Part shown: in pieces, positions 8,542-17,739 of the stretch
Numbering within the stretch: position 1 is the stretch's first letter
Layout of the letters: every line of letters starts with the position of its first letter
NCBI GenBank assembly: GCA_964658025.1
Contig: CAZZXB010000024.1
Span: 1 to 26,788 of the forward strand
Source of the DNA: an uncultured Janthinobacterium sp.
GTDB taxonomy: Bacteria > Vulcanimicrobiota > Vulcanimicrobiia > Vulcanimicrobiales > Vulcanimicrobiaceae
DNA length: 26,788 nt
Reading direction: 5' to 3'
The notes under the pieces: model-generated
What the model was told of the DNA's origin: nothing
Seen by the model: only the letters and a program-made list of their open reading frames with translations
Databases searched by the model: none
Made by a program: the position numbers and the translations under genes

Positions 8542-9462
8542 ATGAGCTGGCTCGCGAAACTCAAAGGCGCTCTCGGACGTTCCCGCGAGTCGATCGCGGG
8601 CGTCGAAACGCTCGCCGAGGCGCGTCGACCGCTCGACGACGACTTCTGGGACGAGTTGGAAGAGATTCTGCTCGGCGCCGATTTCGGGCCGCCGACGACG
8701 CACAAGATCCTCGACGGGTTGCGCGTCGTCGCGGGTCAGGAGGGCTGGTCGCGGAGCGATCAGGTGGTCCGGCGGTTCAAAGAAGACGTCCGGCACTTTT
8801 TGGCGTTGCCGAATCCCGGGCTCGTCCTGCGCGGTCGGCCGGCGGTCGTGCTCGTCGTCGGCGTCAACGGAAGCGGGAAGACGACGACGATCGGAAAGCT
8901 CGCGCGGGCCTTGTCGGCGGAAGGCAAACGCGTGATGGTCGTGGCGGCGGATACGTTCCGCGCGGCGGCCGCCGAGCAACTCGCGATCTGGGCCCAGCGC
9001 AGCGGCGCGGAATTCGTCCGCGGCGCCGAGGGCTCCGATCCGTCCTCCGTCGTGTACGACGGGCTCGTCGCCGCGAAAGCGCGCCGGGTCGACGTCGTGC
9101 TCGTCGATACTGCGGGCCGTCTCCAAACGAAAAGCAACCTCATGGAAGAGCTCAAGAAGATGCGGCGGATCATCGAGCGCGAGACGGGCGCGCCGCCCGA
9201 CGAAACGCTGCTGGTCGTCGACGGGACGACGGGTCAGAACGCGATCTCGCAAGCGAAATTGTTCAACGAGGCGACGGCGCTCAGCGGCGTCGTCGTCAGC
9301 AAACTCGACTCGACGTCCAAGGGCGGCGTCCTCGTCGGCATCGTCGACACGATCGTCGTGCCGATCAAGTACGTCGGTCTCGGCGAGGGGATCGAGGATC
9401 TGCGCCGTTTCGAATCGGGCGCGTTCGTCGACGCGCTCTTCGTTCCGGCGGCGACCGTCTGA
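8542..9462 (+). CDS. ftsY: SRP receptor FtsY (NG domain only, no acidic A-domain)
   Basis: GVNGSGKTTTIGKLA, ADTFRAAAAEQL, DTAGRLQ, DGTTGQNA, SKLDSTSKGG and GLGEGIEDL. Confidence 0.97.
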   Translation: MSWLAKLKGALGRSRESIAGVETLAEARRPLDDDFWDELEEILLGADFGPPTTHKILDGLRVVAGQEGWSRSDQVVRRFKEDVRHFLALPNPGLVLRGRPAVVLVVGVNGSGKTTTIGKLARALSAEGKRVMVVAADTFRAAAAEQLAIWAQRSGAEFVRGAEGSDPSSVVYDGLVAAKARRVDVVLVDTAGRLQTKSNLMEELKKMRRIIERETGAPPDETLLVVDGTTGQNAISQAKLFNEATALSGVVVSKLDSTSKGGVLVGIVDTIVVPIKYVGLGEGIEDLRRFESGAFVDALFVPAATV

Positions 9463-9552
9463 CGACAATGCCGTGATGGTGGCACGCACGGCGCGTAACG
9501 TTCTCTTCGGGCGCCCGGTCGGCGCCCATGTCGTAAGGAGTGAGTGACTAGC

Positions 9553-10599
9553 GTGGCAGACGAAAAAGCGGTGGCGCTCGGAAACGCCCTCGCGCAGATC
9601 GAGCGCCAATTCGGTAAGGGATCGATCATGAAGATGGGCGACTTCGCCGATCGGATGGTGATCGATACGATCCCGACGGGATCGATCGCGCTCGATCTCG
9701 CGCTCGGCGTCGGCGGCGTCCCGCGCGGCCGCGTCGTCGAGATCTACGGTCCCGAATCGAGCGGTAAGACGACCCTCGCGCTCCACATCATCGCCGAAGC
9801 GCAAAAACTCGGCGGCACGGCCGCGTTCGTCGACGTCGAGCACGCGCTCGACCCGACCTATGCGAGCGCGCTCGGCGTCGATCTCGACGGACTGCTCGTC
9901 TCGCAACCGGATACGGGCGAACAGGCGCTCGACATCGCCGAGATGCTCGTCCGCTCGAACGCGGTCGACGTCGTCGTCGTCGACTCGGTCGCCGCGCTCG
10001 TGACGAAAGCCGAACTCGAAGGCGACATGGGCGATACGCACGTCGGTCTGCAGGCCCGCCTCATGTCGCAGGCGCTGCGCAAGCTGACGGCCGCGATCTC
10101 CCGTTCGAAGTGCGTGATGATCTTCATCAACCAGCTGCGCGAAAAGGTCGGCGTCATGTTCGGAAGCCCCGAGACGACGTCGGGCGGTCGCGCGCTCAAG
10201 TTCTACGCGTCGGTCCGGCTCGACGTGCGTAAGCTCGAACAGATCAAGATCAATCAAGACGTCGTCGGCACGCGCACGCGCGTCAAGGTCGTCAAGAACA
10301 AGGTCGCGCCGCCGTTCCGTCAGGCCGAATTCGACATCACGTACGGTCGCGGGATCTCGAAGATGGGCTCGATCCTCGACGTCGCGCTCGAACGGAATAT
10401 CGTCGGCAAGAGCGGCTCGTGGTACACGTACGGCGACGTTCGCGTCGGTCAAGGTCGCGAGAATGCGAAGGCGTTTCTCGAAGAGCATTCCGATCTCGCC
10501 GAGGAGATCTCGCTCAAGATCCGCGACGCGCTCAAGGCGAACGTCTCGACGAACGGTCACGCGACGCCCGTAGCGGCCGGTGCCTCGAACGACGCGTGA
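9553..10599 (+). CDS. recA: Recombinase RecA
   Basis: [44 protein letters not shown] and [17 protein letters not shown] at 9535-9540 favours GTG 9553; alternative start 9544. Confidence 0.99.
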   Translation: MADEKAVALGNALAQIERQFGKGSIMKMGDFADRMVIDTIPTGSIALDLALGVGGVPRGRVVEIYGPESSGKTTLALHIIAEAQKLGGTAAFVDVEHALDPTYASALGVDLDGLLVSQPDTGEQALDIAEMLVRSNAVDVVVVDSVAALVTKAELEGDMGDTHVGLQARLMSQALRKLTAAISRSKCVMIFINQLREKVGVMFGSPETTSGGRALKFYASVRLDVRKLEQIKINQDVVGTRTRVKVVKNKVAPPFRQAEFDITYGRGISKMGSILDVALERNIVGKSGSWYTYGDVRVGQGRENAKAFLEEHSDLAEEISLKIRDALKANVSTNGHATPVAAGASNDA

Positions 10600-11089
10600 T
10601 CCCGGCGCGCGCGAGAAACCGAAAGCGAGCGCGCGTCTCACCGCGCTCCGGTTGCTCGCCGCGCGACGTCTCACCGAAGTGCAGCTGCGCGCGCGGCTCG
10701 TCCGGCGCGGCTACGACGAAGACGAGATCCGCGCCGCCGTCGCGTCGTGTCGCTCGAACGGATTTCTCGACGACGCGCTGTTCGCGCAGCTCTTCGTCGA
10801 CGGGCGCGGTAAATCGGTCGGCGACGCGCGGCTCGTCGCGGAACTCGTGCTCCGCGGGATCGACCGCGACGCCGCGAAGCGGAGCGTCGCATCGGCGGCG
10901 CGCGCGGAAGAAGAACGCCTGCACGGCGCGATCGACAAGCTCTTTCGCACGCGCAGTGCGCTCAGCTATCCGAGCGCGGCACGCGCGCTCGAACGGCTCG
11001 GTTTTCCGGCGCCCGCGATCTACCGGACCCTGCGCGATCGGATGGCGCGCGAGTTCCCGAGCGATCCGTATGCCGGGGATTCCCCGTAG
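10580..11089 (+). CDS. recX: Regulatory protein RecX
   Basis: [41 protein letters not shown] and LERLGF. Overlaps the 3' end of recA. Confidence 0.9.
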   Translation: MPRTTRDPGAREKPKASARLTALRLLAARRLTEVQLRARLVRRGYDEDEIRAAVASCRSNGFLDDALFAQLFVDGRGKSVGDARLVAELVLRGIDRDAAKRSVASAARAEEERLHGAIDKLFRTRSALSYPSAARALERLGFPAPAIYRTLRDRMAREFPSDPYAGDSP

Positions 11090-11110
11090 ACGCGCCGTAA
11101 CGGCGGCGTG

Positions 11111-12442
11111 ATGCGTTTGTTTCTCGCGCGAGTCGCCGCGTCGCTCCTCGCGATCGCGCTCTGCGTGCCGCTCGCTTCGTCCGCCGCCTCCGCCGCGCAA
11201 CTCCAAGCGATCGCGGCGGCGGCGGGCGCGTACACGAATCCCAATCCGAAGCTGGAAGCGATGTTTCGCGCGGCGCTGCTCAACACGAGCGGCCAGGCGA
11301 CGTTCGCCGCCGACGGGACGGCCTACGTGAAAACGGGCGACATCCCGGCCGAGTGGTTGCGCGACGCGAGCGCCCAGGTTCGGCCGTATCTGTTCTTCGC
11401 GAAGGGCGACATGCAGGTCTCGTCGCTCCTGCGCGGCATCATCGCGCGCGAAGGCAAATATCTCCAGGTCGATCCCTACGCGAACGCCTTCACGATCGAC
11501 TATCGCGTGTGGGAAGAAAAGTTCGAGCTCGACTCGCTCGCCTACCCGATCATCCTCGCGTGGGAGTATTGGAAGGTGACGGGCGACGCGTCGATCTTCA
11601 CGCCCGACGAAGCGCTCGGGTTCGAGAAGGCGCTCGAGACGATGGAGCGCGAGCAAGATCACGCCGCGAACTCGAAATATCTCCATCGCGAGCTACGCGA
11701 TTCACACGGCTCGCACAAACCGAGTCCGGTCGCGTACACGGGGATGATCTGGACCGGATTCCGTCCCTCCGACGACGCGTGCGTCTACAACTACCTCATC
11801 CCGTCGGAGATGATGGCGGTCGTCGCGCTCGGCGATCTCGAAGAGATCGAACGATCGGTCTATCGCAATCTCATCCGCAGCAATCGCGCGCGGACGTTGC
11901 GGTCGGAGGTTCAGGACGGCATCCAACAATTCGGCGAAGTCTTCACGCCGAACTACGGGTACGTCTACGCGTACGAAGTCGACGGGCTCGGCCATCAGAT
12001 CCTGATGGACGACGCGAACATTCCGAGCCTCCTCGCCGCGCCGTATCTCGGGTACACGAAAGCCGACGCCGTCGTCTATCGGAACACGCGGCGATTCTTG
12101 CTCTCGCGCGACGATCCGTACTACTACGCGGGGTCGGTCGCGCGCGGGATCGGGAGCGCGCATACGAACGACGGTTTCGTCTGGCCGCTCGCGCTCATCA
12201 TCGAGGGGATGACGTCGCTTTCCGCGTCCGAGCGAAAGGAGACGCTCGCGGAGTTGCTCGCGAGCGATCCGGGCGACCACCTCTTGCACGAGAGTTTCGA
12301 TCCGAACGATCCCAAGCGTTACTCGCGCAAGGATTTCGGTTGGCCGAACGCCCTCTTCTCCGAGTACGTGATGACGACGTTCGACGGTCGCGCCGAGATC
12401 CCGATGGGCGACACGAGCGATCTCGAGTTTCGTGGAGAATAG
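11111..12442 (+). CDS. Glycoside hydrolase family 125 (exo-alpha-1,6-mannosidase-like) with N-terminal signal peptide
   Basis: TGDIPAEWLRDASAQ, WEEKFELDSL, GFRPSDDAC, YEVDGLG, MDDANIPSLL, HESF and FGWPNALF. The N-terminus is basic, then hydrophobic, then AxA. Confidence 0.88.
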   Translation: MRLFLARVAASLLAIALCVPLASSAASAAQLQAIAAAAGAYTNPNPKLEAMFRAALLNTSGQATFAADGTAYVKTGDIPAEWLRDASAQVRPYLFFAKGDMQVSSLLRGIIAREGKYLQVDPYANAFTIDYRVWEEKFELDSLAYPIILAWEYWKVTGDASIFTPDEALGFEKALETMEREQDHAANSKYLHRELRDSHGSHKPSPVAYTGMIWTGFRPSDDACVYNYLIPSEMMAVVALGDLEEIERSVYRNLIRSNRARTLRSEVQDGIQQFGEVFTPNYGYVYAYEVDGLGHQILMDDANIPSLLAAPYLGYTKADAVVYRNTRRFLLSRDDPYYYAGSVARGIGSAHTNDGFVWPLALIIEGMTSLSASERKETLAELLASDPGDHLLHESFDPNDPKRYSRKDFGWPNALFSEYVMTTFDGRAEIPMGDTSDLEFRGE

Positions 12443-12449
12443 CGCCACG

Positions 12450-13712
12450 GTGAGTTCCAAGGCGGATGTGGTCCTCGGCGTGCAATGGGGCGATGAGGGA
12501 AAAGGGCGCGTCGTCGATGCGATGGCGGGCGAGTACGATATCGTCGCGCGATTCGGCGGCGGCGACAACGCCGGGCACACGCTCGTCGTCGGAGATCGGA
12601 AGATCGCCTTACGGATCGTACCGAGCGGCGTGTTGCAGGCGCGGCCGCAATTACTCATCGGCGGCGGAACCGTCGTGAGCCTCGACGGACTCGTCGCGGA
12701 GTTCGACATGCTCGCCGGGATCGGCGTCGACGTCTCGCGGATCAAGATCTCCGATCGCGCCCACGTCGTGTTTCCGTATCACGCGGCGATCGACCGCGCG
12801 AACGAGATCGCGCGCGGCGACGACGCCATCGGTACGACCGGTCGCGGCATCGGTCCGGCGTACACGGACAAGGCCGCGCGCAGCGGCGTGACGTTCGGCG
12901 AACTGCGCAAACCCGAGGCCGTCGCCGACAAGATCCGGCGCAATCTTCTCGCGCGCGACCGGGCCTTCGCATCGCTCGAAAACGCGCCGCGCGAGGCCGA
13001 CGTCATCGCGCAGACGCTCGATCGCATCCCGCGCATCCTCCCGCATCTCGTCGACGGCGTCGGCTTCGTGCACGAAGCGCTCGAAGGCGGAAAGCGCGTC
13101 CTCGTCGAGGGCGCGCAGGGGACGTTACTCGACGTCGGCTACGGGACGTATCCGTTCGTGACGAGTTCGCACACGATCGCGGGCGGCGCGTGCACGGGTC
13201 TCGGCATCGGACCGACCGCGATCGCGCGCGTCGTCGGCATCGCCAAAGCGTACTCGACGCGCGTCGGCGCCGGACCGTTTCCCTCGGAACTCCACGACGA
13301 GACGGGCGAGCGACTCCGCGCGCAGGGCGGCGAATTCGGTACGGTGACCGGGCGCCCGCGTCGGTGTGGTTGGTTCGACGCGGTCGCGGCCCGCTACGCC
13401 CGTCGGCTCAACGGTCTCACGAGCATCGTCATCACGAAACTCGACGTGCTGACGGGGCTCTCGCGCCTCGCGATCGTGCGCGGCTACGCGAGCAACGGTG
13501 CGAGGGTCGATTTCGAATCGGCGAACGATCCGAATCTCGAACTCGAACTCGAGTGGTTCGACGGATGGAGCGACGACATCTCGGGCGCTCGTCGCCTCGG
13601 CGATCTGCCGCGCGCCGCGCGGACGTACGTCGCCGCGATCGCCGATGCGTTCGGCGTGACGCTCGATGCGGTCTCCGTCGGACCCGAGCGCGCCTCGATC
13701 GCGTTTCCGTAA
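12450..13712 (+). CDS. purA: Adenylosuccinate synthetase
   Basis: QWGDEGKG, GGDNAGHT, IGTTGRGIGPAY, EGAQG, GTYPFVTSS and EFGTVTGRPRRCGWFD. GTG 12450 follows a GGAG; alternative start 12432. Confidence 0.97.
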   Translation: MSSKADVVLGVQWGDEGKGRVVDAMAGEYDIVARFGGGDNAGHTLVVGDRKIALRIVPSGVLQARPQLLIGGGTVVSLDGLVAEFDMLAGIGVDVSRIKISDRAHVVFPYHAAIDRANEIARGDDAIGTTGRGIGPAYTDKAARSGVTFGELRKPEAVADKIRRNLLARDRAFASLENAPREADVIAQTLDRIPRILPHLVDGVGFVHEALEGGKRVLVEGAQGTLLDVGYGTYPFVTSSHTIAGGACTGLGIGPTAIARVVGIAKAYSTRVGAGPFPSELHDETGERLRAQGGEFGTVTGRPRRCGWFDAVAARYARRLNGLTSIVITKLDVLTGLSRLAIVRGYASNGARVDFESANDPNLELELEWFDGWSDDISGARRLGDLPRAARTYVAAIADAFGVTLDAVSVGPERASIAFP

Positions 13713-13733
13713 GCGTTCGAGCCGCCGCGGCCG

Positions 13734-14240
13734 TTACGATCGACGCGCGATCGACGCCGGAGCGAACGGCGTGCGATGGCGCGCGAACCGCGGGACGAGA
13801 TCGTGAGCGACGACCTCGATCGTCCATCCCCAGAGCGCGTGCGTGAGGAATTCGTTGACCTGCTCGCTTGCGGGGAGCGCGAAGAGCGGCGGCGTGAGAC
13901 GGGCGAGCGGCATCACGAGTTCGTGCGCGCCGAGCCACACCGCGATCCCGAACGCGGCGCCCATGCCGAGACGGACGATCGGGAAGCGCGCCGCGACGAG
14001 CACGTATGCGACGGCGGAGAGCACGCTGAACGCGAAGTGCACGACGAGCGATTCCGCCTGCGTGCTCGGCACGTGCGTGAAGAGCGAGATGAGGATCTCG
14101 GGCTCGGGGATCCGGCCCGGCGGTCGCGGCGGCACGACGACCTCGCACCCGAGTTTCACGAGCCCGGCCACGACGCCCGCGATCGCTCCCGCAAGCGCGG
14201 TCGCGTACCAGGTCGGCATTTCGTCGTGGCGGCGTATCAC
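13734..14240 (-). CDS. DUF1440 / YagU-like membrane protein
   Basis: AGLVKLGCEVVVPPRPPGR, VHFAFS, GAAFGIAVW..AH..VMP..LTPP and NEFLTHALWGWTIE match the DUF1440 pattern. Start is 14240 (GTG) or 14219 (ATG). Confidence 0.8.
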   Translation of the reverse strand: MIRRHDEMPTWYATALAGAIAGVVAGLVKLGCEVVVPPRPPGRIPEPEILISLFTHVPSTQAESLVVHFAFSVLSAVAYVLVAARFPIVRLGMGAAFGIAVWLGAHELVMPLARLTPPLFALPASEQVNEFLTHALWGWTIEVVAHDLVPRFARHRTPFAPASIARRS

Positions 14241-14342
14241 GCACCTCCGACGCCCTCGGGACGCGCGACGTTGCGGGCGGCGCTGCGTCCCCCCGCGATT
14301 CCACCCTAGTCGGTCGCGGCGGTGCGCGTGATCGTTCGAGCG

Positions 14343-14804
14343 ATGGCCGATTTTCGCTTCGCCCTCCAGCCGGCGCTCGACGGGCTCCGTGCCGCCGAAG
14401 ATTCCGCGCGCGAGATGCTCTTCGACGCGCGACGCGCGTGCGATATCGCGGGGGCCCGCACGATCGCGCTCGAGGAACGGCTCGGCGAGGCGCGCTCGGC
14501 GCTCGTCTTGGGGCCGTCGCCGCCGCTCGCGGCGGAACTCGCGCTCGCCGAAGCCGCGATCGTCGCGCTCGGCGCCGCGCTACGGCGTTCCGAGGCCCTC
14601 GCGGAGCGCGCGCGATCGATCCTCGAACGGGCGCGCGCGCACTACGGCGACGTCGCGAAGCGGCGCTCCGGCCTCGAACGGCTGCGGGAACGTCGTTACG
14701 AAGCGTACCGCGAGCGGATCGCGCGGGCGGAAGAGGCCGAACTCGACGCGTCGCGTCGGACGCCGGGGCGCGACGACGATCGTTTCGAATGGTTCCCCGG
14801 GTGA
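14343..14804 (+). CDS. fliJ: FliJ-like flagellar export chaperone
   Basis: N-terminal FRFALQPALD, coiled-coil body, and C-terminal LERLRERRYEAY...EEAELD. About 150 aa, next to flagellar genes. Confidence 0.7.
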   Translation: MADFRFALQPALDGLRAAEDSAREMLFDARRACDIAGARTIALEERLGEARSALVLGPSPPLAAELALAEAAIVALGAALRRSEALAERARSILERARAHYGDVAKRRSGLERLRERRYEAYRERIARAEEAELDASRRTPGRDDDRFEWFPG

Positions 14805-15004
14805 TCGAACTACGACGGACGAGCGGGCATCCGGTCGTCGTCAACGCCGACCTCATCGAAACGATCGAGGTCGCGGACGACGGCACGACGAGCGTCGTCC
14901 TCACGACGGGGAATCTGCTCGTCGTGCGCGAGTCGCCGCGCGAGATCCGCGAAGCGGTCGTCGCGTTCCGTCGCGCGCTGCTCGCGCCGCCGGGGCCCGA
15001 TTGA
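14801..15004 (+). CDS. flbD: Flagellar FlbD/SwrD family protein
   Basis: MIELRRTSGHPVVVNADLIETIE...VVLTTGNLLVVRESPREI, 67 aa. GTGA overlap with the fliJ stop. Confidence 0.88.
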   Translation: MIELRRTSGHPVVVNADLIETIEVADDGTTSVVLTTGNLLVVRESPREIREAVVAFRRALLAPPGPD

Positions 15005-15300
15005 TGGACCTCGCGTCGGTCGTGCGGCTCGCGGCCGCGTGCGCGGTCGTCGCGCTCGTGCTCGCGGCGTTTCGGTTCGCGATGCGCGCGTCGCTCCGCG
15101 GACGCGTTCGCCCGCACGCGCGCGGACGACTCGTCGACGTGCTCGAGTCGACGCCGCTTCCGAACGGGGCGTCGCTCCACGTCGTCCGCGTCGCCGCACG
15201 CTATCTCGTCGTCGCGCGTGGCGCGAGCACGATCTCCGCGCTCGGTGAAGTCGATTCGGCGGCCGTCGCGGCGTGGGCGGGCGGGCGCGGGTCGCCCTGA
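15004..15300 (+). CDS. fliO: FliO/FliZ-like flagellar biosynthesis protein
   Basis: Single N-terminal TM, then LVDVLESTPLPNGASLHVVRVAARYLVV...ISALGEV. TGATG coupling to flbD. Confidence 0.75.
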   Translation: MDLASVVRLAAACAVVALVLAAFRFAMRASLRGRVRPHARGRLVDVLESTPLPNGASLHVVRVAARYLVVARGASTISALGEVDSAAVAAWAGGRGSP

Positions 15301-15671
15301 TGCGCGTCCTCGCGATCGACGACGCCCGCGTCGCACGCGAGCATCTGCGCGTCGTGGTCGAGCTCCTCGGTCACGCGTTCGAGGGCACGGGCGACGCCGA
15401 GGCGGGCGTGCGCTCCGCGCGGCTCGGCGCGCCCGATGCGATCGTCGTCGACGGCCGGTTAGCGGGCGGCGACGTCGCCGATCTCGTGGCGCGCTTACGC
15501 GCCTGCGCCCCGAGCGCGGCGATCCTCGTCCTCGCGGCCCTCGACGAGACGGCGCTCGTCCGGCGTTGCCTCGAGCGCGGCGCGTCCGGGGCGTTCCGGC
15601 GACCGCTCGTCGTCTCCGAAATCTCCCGACGACTCGCCGACATCGCGCGCGCCCGTCGCGACGCACGCTGA
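15300..15671 (+). CDS. Stand-alone receiver-domain protein (CheY-like, atypical)
   Basis: MRVLAIDD, APDAIVVD and GASGAFRRP. TGATG coupling to fliO. Confidence 0.8.
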   Translation: MRVLAIDDARVAREHLRVVVELLGHAFEGTGDAEAGVRSARLGAPDAIVVDGRLAGGDVADLVARLRACAPSAAILVLAALDETALVRRCLERGASGAFRRPLVVSEISRRLADIARARRDAR

Positions 15672-15727
15672 CGCACGGTCCGGATTCGAGGGATGCTTCG
15701 CGCGCCTCCGGCGCGAACATCTCCGAC

Positions 15728-16012
15728 ATGGCTGAAGGGTCGGGAATCGAGACGTACGCGAACCACACGAATTCCGTCACGGGATCCGCGAACGGCGAAG
15801 AGGTGACGGCTTCGTCGGGCGACGGAACGCTCGTCAAGCGCATCGGTCTCTTCGTCGCGATCGTGCTCGCATCGGCCGGGCTCGCCTACGCGATCGTCCG
15901 GGCGACGCTGCTCCGCGCGCCGACGGATCCCACGACGGAACGGATCCAACAACTCATCGACGAAGCGAATCGACTGCTCGCGCAGCTCGACGAGAAAAAG
16001 TCTGACTCCTAA
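15728..16012 (+). CDS. Small hypothetical single-pass membrane protein (94 aa)
   Basis: ATG start, polar N-terminus, TM IGLFVAIVLASAGLAYAIV and C-terminal helix ERIQQLIDEANRLLAQLD. Fills the gap with typical codon usage. Confidence 0.7.
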   Translation: MAEGSGIETYANHTNSVTGSANGEEVTASSGDGTLVKRIGLFVAIVLASAGLAYAIVRATLLRAPTDPTTERIQQLIDEANRLLAQLDEKKSDS

Positions 16013-17435
16013 CGCGCTCGCGCCGCGTCCCGGTCTCGCACCCGGCGACGTCGTCGAAGTCGAGTGTACGGATCTCATCGCGAAAACCGGTCAGGCCGTC
16101 GGCCGCGTCGACGGTCTCGTCGTCTACGTGCTCGGGCCCGTGCCGGGCGAACGCGCGCGCGTCCGCATCGAGACGGTGAAGGCGAAGTACGCCGTCGCCG
16201 ATCTCGTCGAGCGGCTCGATACCTCGCCCGATCGCGCGGAGCCGTTCTGTTCCGTGTTCGGCGAGTGCGGCGGGTGCCAGGTGCAACATCTCGCCTATCC
16301 CGCGCAACTGCGCTGGAAACGTTCGATCGTCGAGAACGCGCTGCGTCGCCTCGGCGGCATCCTCGGCGCGCGCGTCGGCGAGCCCGTCGGCATGGACGAC
16401 CCGCGGGCGTACCGCAACAAGATGGCGCTCGTCGTCGCGCACGCGCGCGTCGACGTCGAGGCGCCCCCCGTCGCGCCCACGTCCTTCGGATTCTACGCGG
16501 CGCGGACGCACGACGTCGTGCCGATCGAAACGTGTCCGATCGTCATGCCCGAACTCAACGCCGCGCTCGCGGGACTCTGGAACGCGGCGCGCGATCCGTC
16601 GACCGCGCCCGCGTTCGCATCCGCCCGACACGTCGTCGCGCGCGCCGGTCTGGCGACGGGCGAGAGCGTCGTCTCGATCACGAGCGACCGTCCGGCTCCC
16701 GAACTCGCGGCTCGCGGTCCCGCGCTCGCGGAAAAACTTCCGGGCGTCGTCGGCATCGCGAACTCGTTCGAACCCGCAAGCGAGAACGCGGTGATGGGTC
16801 GCAAGCATCTCGGCGTGTTCGGCAAGGCGGAGATGACCGAAGCGATCGACGGCATCCGCTTCCGCGTCTCGCCCGCCTCGTTCTTTCAAGTCAACAGCGA
16901 GATGGTCGGTCGGATCTTCGCCTACCTCGCGCCGCACGTCCGCGCGGGGCAACGCGTGATCGATCTCTACTGCGGTGCCGGAACGTTCGCGCTGTTCTTC
17001 GCGAAGTACGGCGCGACCGTCGTCGGCGTCGAGGAGAACCCGAACGCCGTTCGCGAGGCCAAGGCAAACGCGGCGCTCAACGGCGTGGAGGATCGCACGA
17101 CCTTCGCGAGCGGTCGCGTCGAAGCGACGCTCCGTTCGAAGTACGGTCGCGACGCGCTCGCGGCGGCCGACATCGTGTTTCTCGATCCGCCCCGAAAGGG
17201 CGGCGACGAGGCGACGTTCGCGGCGCTCGTCGCGGCGCGCGTTCCGCACATCTGGTATCTCTCGTGCAATCCGGCGACGCTCGCGCGCGATCTCGCGCAA
17301 CTCGTCGCGGGCGGCTATCGCCTCGGCGGCGTCCAGCCGTTCGACATGTTTCCGCAGACGGGCCACATCGAGGCGCTCGCGACGCTCCATCGCGAAGACG
17401 TCGCTCCCTTCCCCTTCGCCCCGATAGGAGCCTGA
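16002..17435 (+). CDS. rlmD: 23S rRNA (uracil-C5)-methyltransferase, RlmD/RlmCD type, with TRAM domain
   Basis: TRAM-like GDVVEVECTDL...GQAVGRVDGLVVYVLGPVPGERARV, 4Fe-4S motif C-x5-CGGC, YRNK, SFFQVN, DLYCGAG, DPPRKG, YLSCNPATLARD and DMFPQTGHIE. Homology extends upstream of 16128 to an in-frame CTG at 16002. Confidence 0.93.
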   Translation: MTPNALAPRPGLAPGDVVEVECTDLIAKTGQAVGRVDGLVVYVLGPVPGERARVRIETVKAKYAVADLVERLDTSPDRAEPFCSVFGECGGCQVQHLAYPAQLRWKRSIVENALRRLGGILGARVGEPVGMDDPRAYRNKMALVVAHARVDVEAPPVAPTSFGFYAARTHDVVPIETCPIVMPELNAALAGLWNAARDPSTAPAFASARHVVARAGLATGESVVSITSDRPAPELAARGPALAEKLPGVVGIANSFEPASENAVMGRKHLGVFGKAEMTEAIDGIRFRVSPASFFQVNSEMVGRIFAYLAPHVRAGQRVIDLYCGAGTFALFFAKYGATVVGVEENPNAVREAKANAALNGVEDRTTFASGRVEATLRSKYGRDALAAADIVFLDPPRKGGDEATFAALVAARVPHIWYLSCNPATLARDLAQLVAGGYRLGGVQPFDMFPQTGHIEALATLHREDVAPFPFAPIGA

Positions 17436-17442
17436 GCGATCC

Positions 17443-17739
17443 GTGGCAGGTAAGGAGATCGACGTCGCGCACGTCGCGAAATTAGCGCGCATCGCCCTCG
17501 ACCCGGGCGAAATCGTCCGCTTCGGCGCGCAACTCGGCGCGTTACTCGAACACGTCGATCTGCTTTCGGAGCTCCCCGTCGACGACGTCGCCGCGACGGC
17601 GCAGATCGTGCCGCTCTCCAACGTCGCGCGCGACGACGCGCCGCGTCCCTCGCTCGATCGCGAGATCGTGCTCGCGGGCGCGCCGCGCCGCGAGGGGGCG
17701 TACTTCCGCGTGCCGCGGATCATCGGAGAAGAGGCGTGA
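17443..17739 (+). CDS. gatC: Asp/Glu-tRNA amidotransferase subunit C
   Basis: VAHVAKLARI, NVARDD and YFRVPRII. Directly precedes gatA. Confidence 0.93.
   Translation: MAGKEIDVAHVAKLARIALDPGEIVRFGAQLGALLEHVDLLSELPVDDVAATAQIVPLSNVARDDAPRPSLDREIVLAGAPRREGAYFRVPRIIGEEA

Noticed and set aside
9463..9552. SOS box directly upstream of recA
   Set aside because: The best candidate around GTAACGTTCTCTTCG does not fit GAAC-N4-GTTC.
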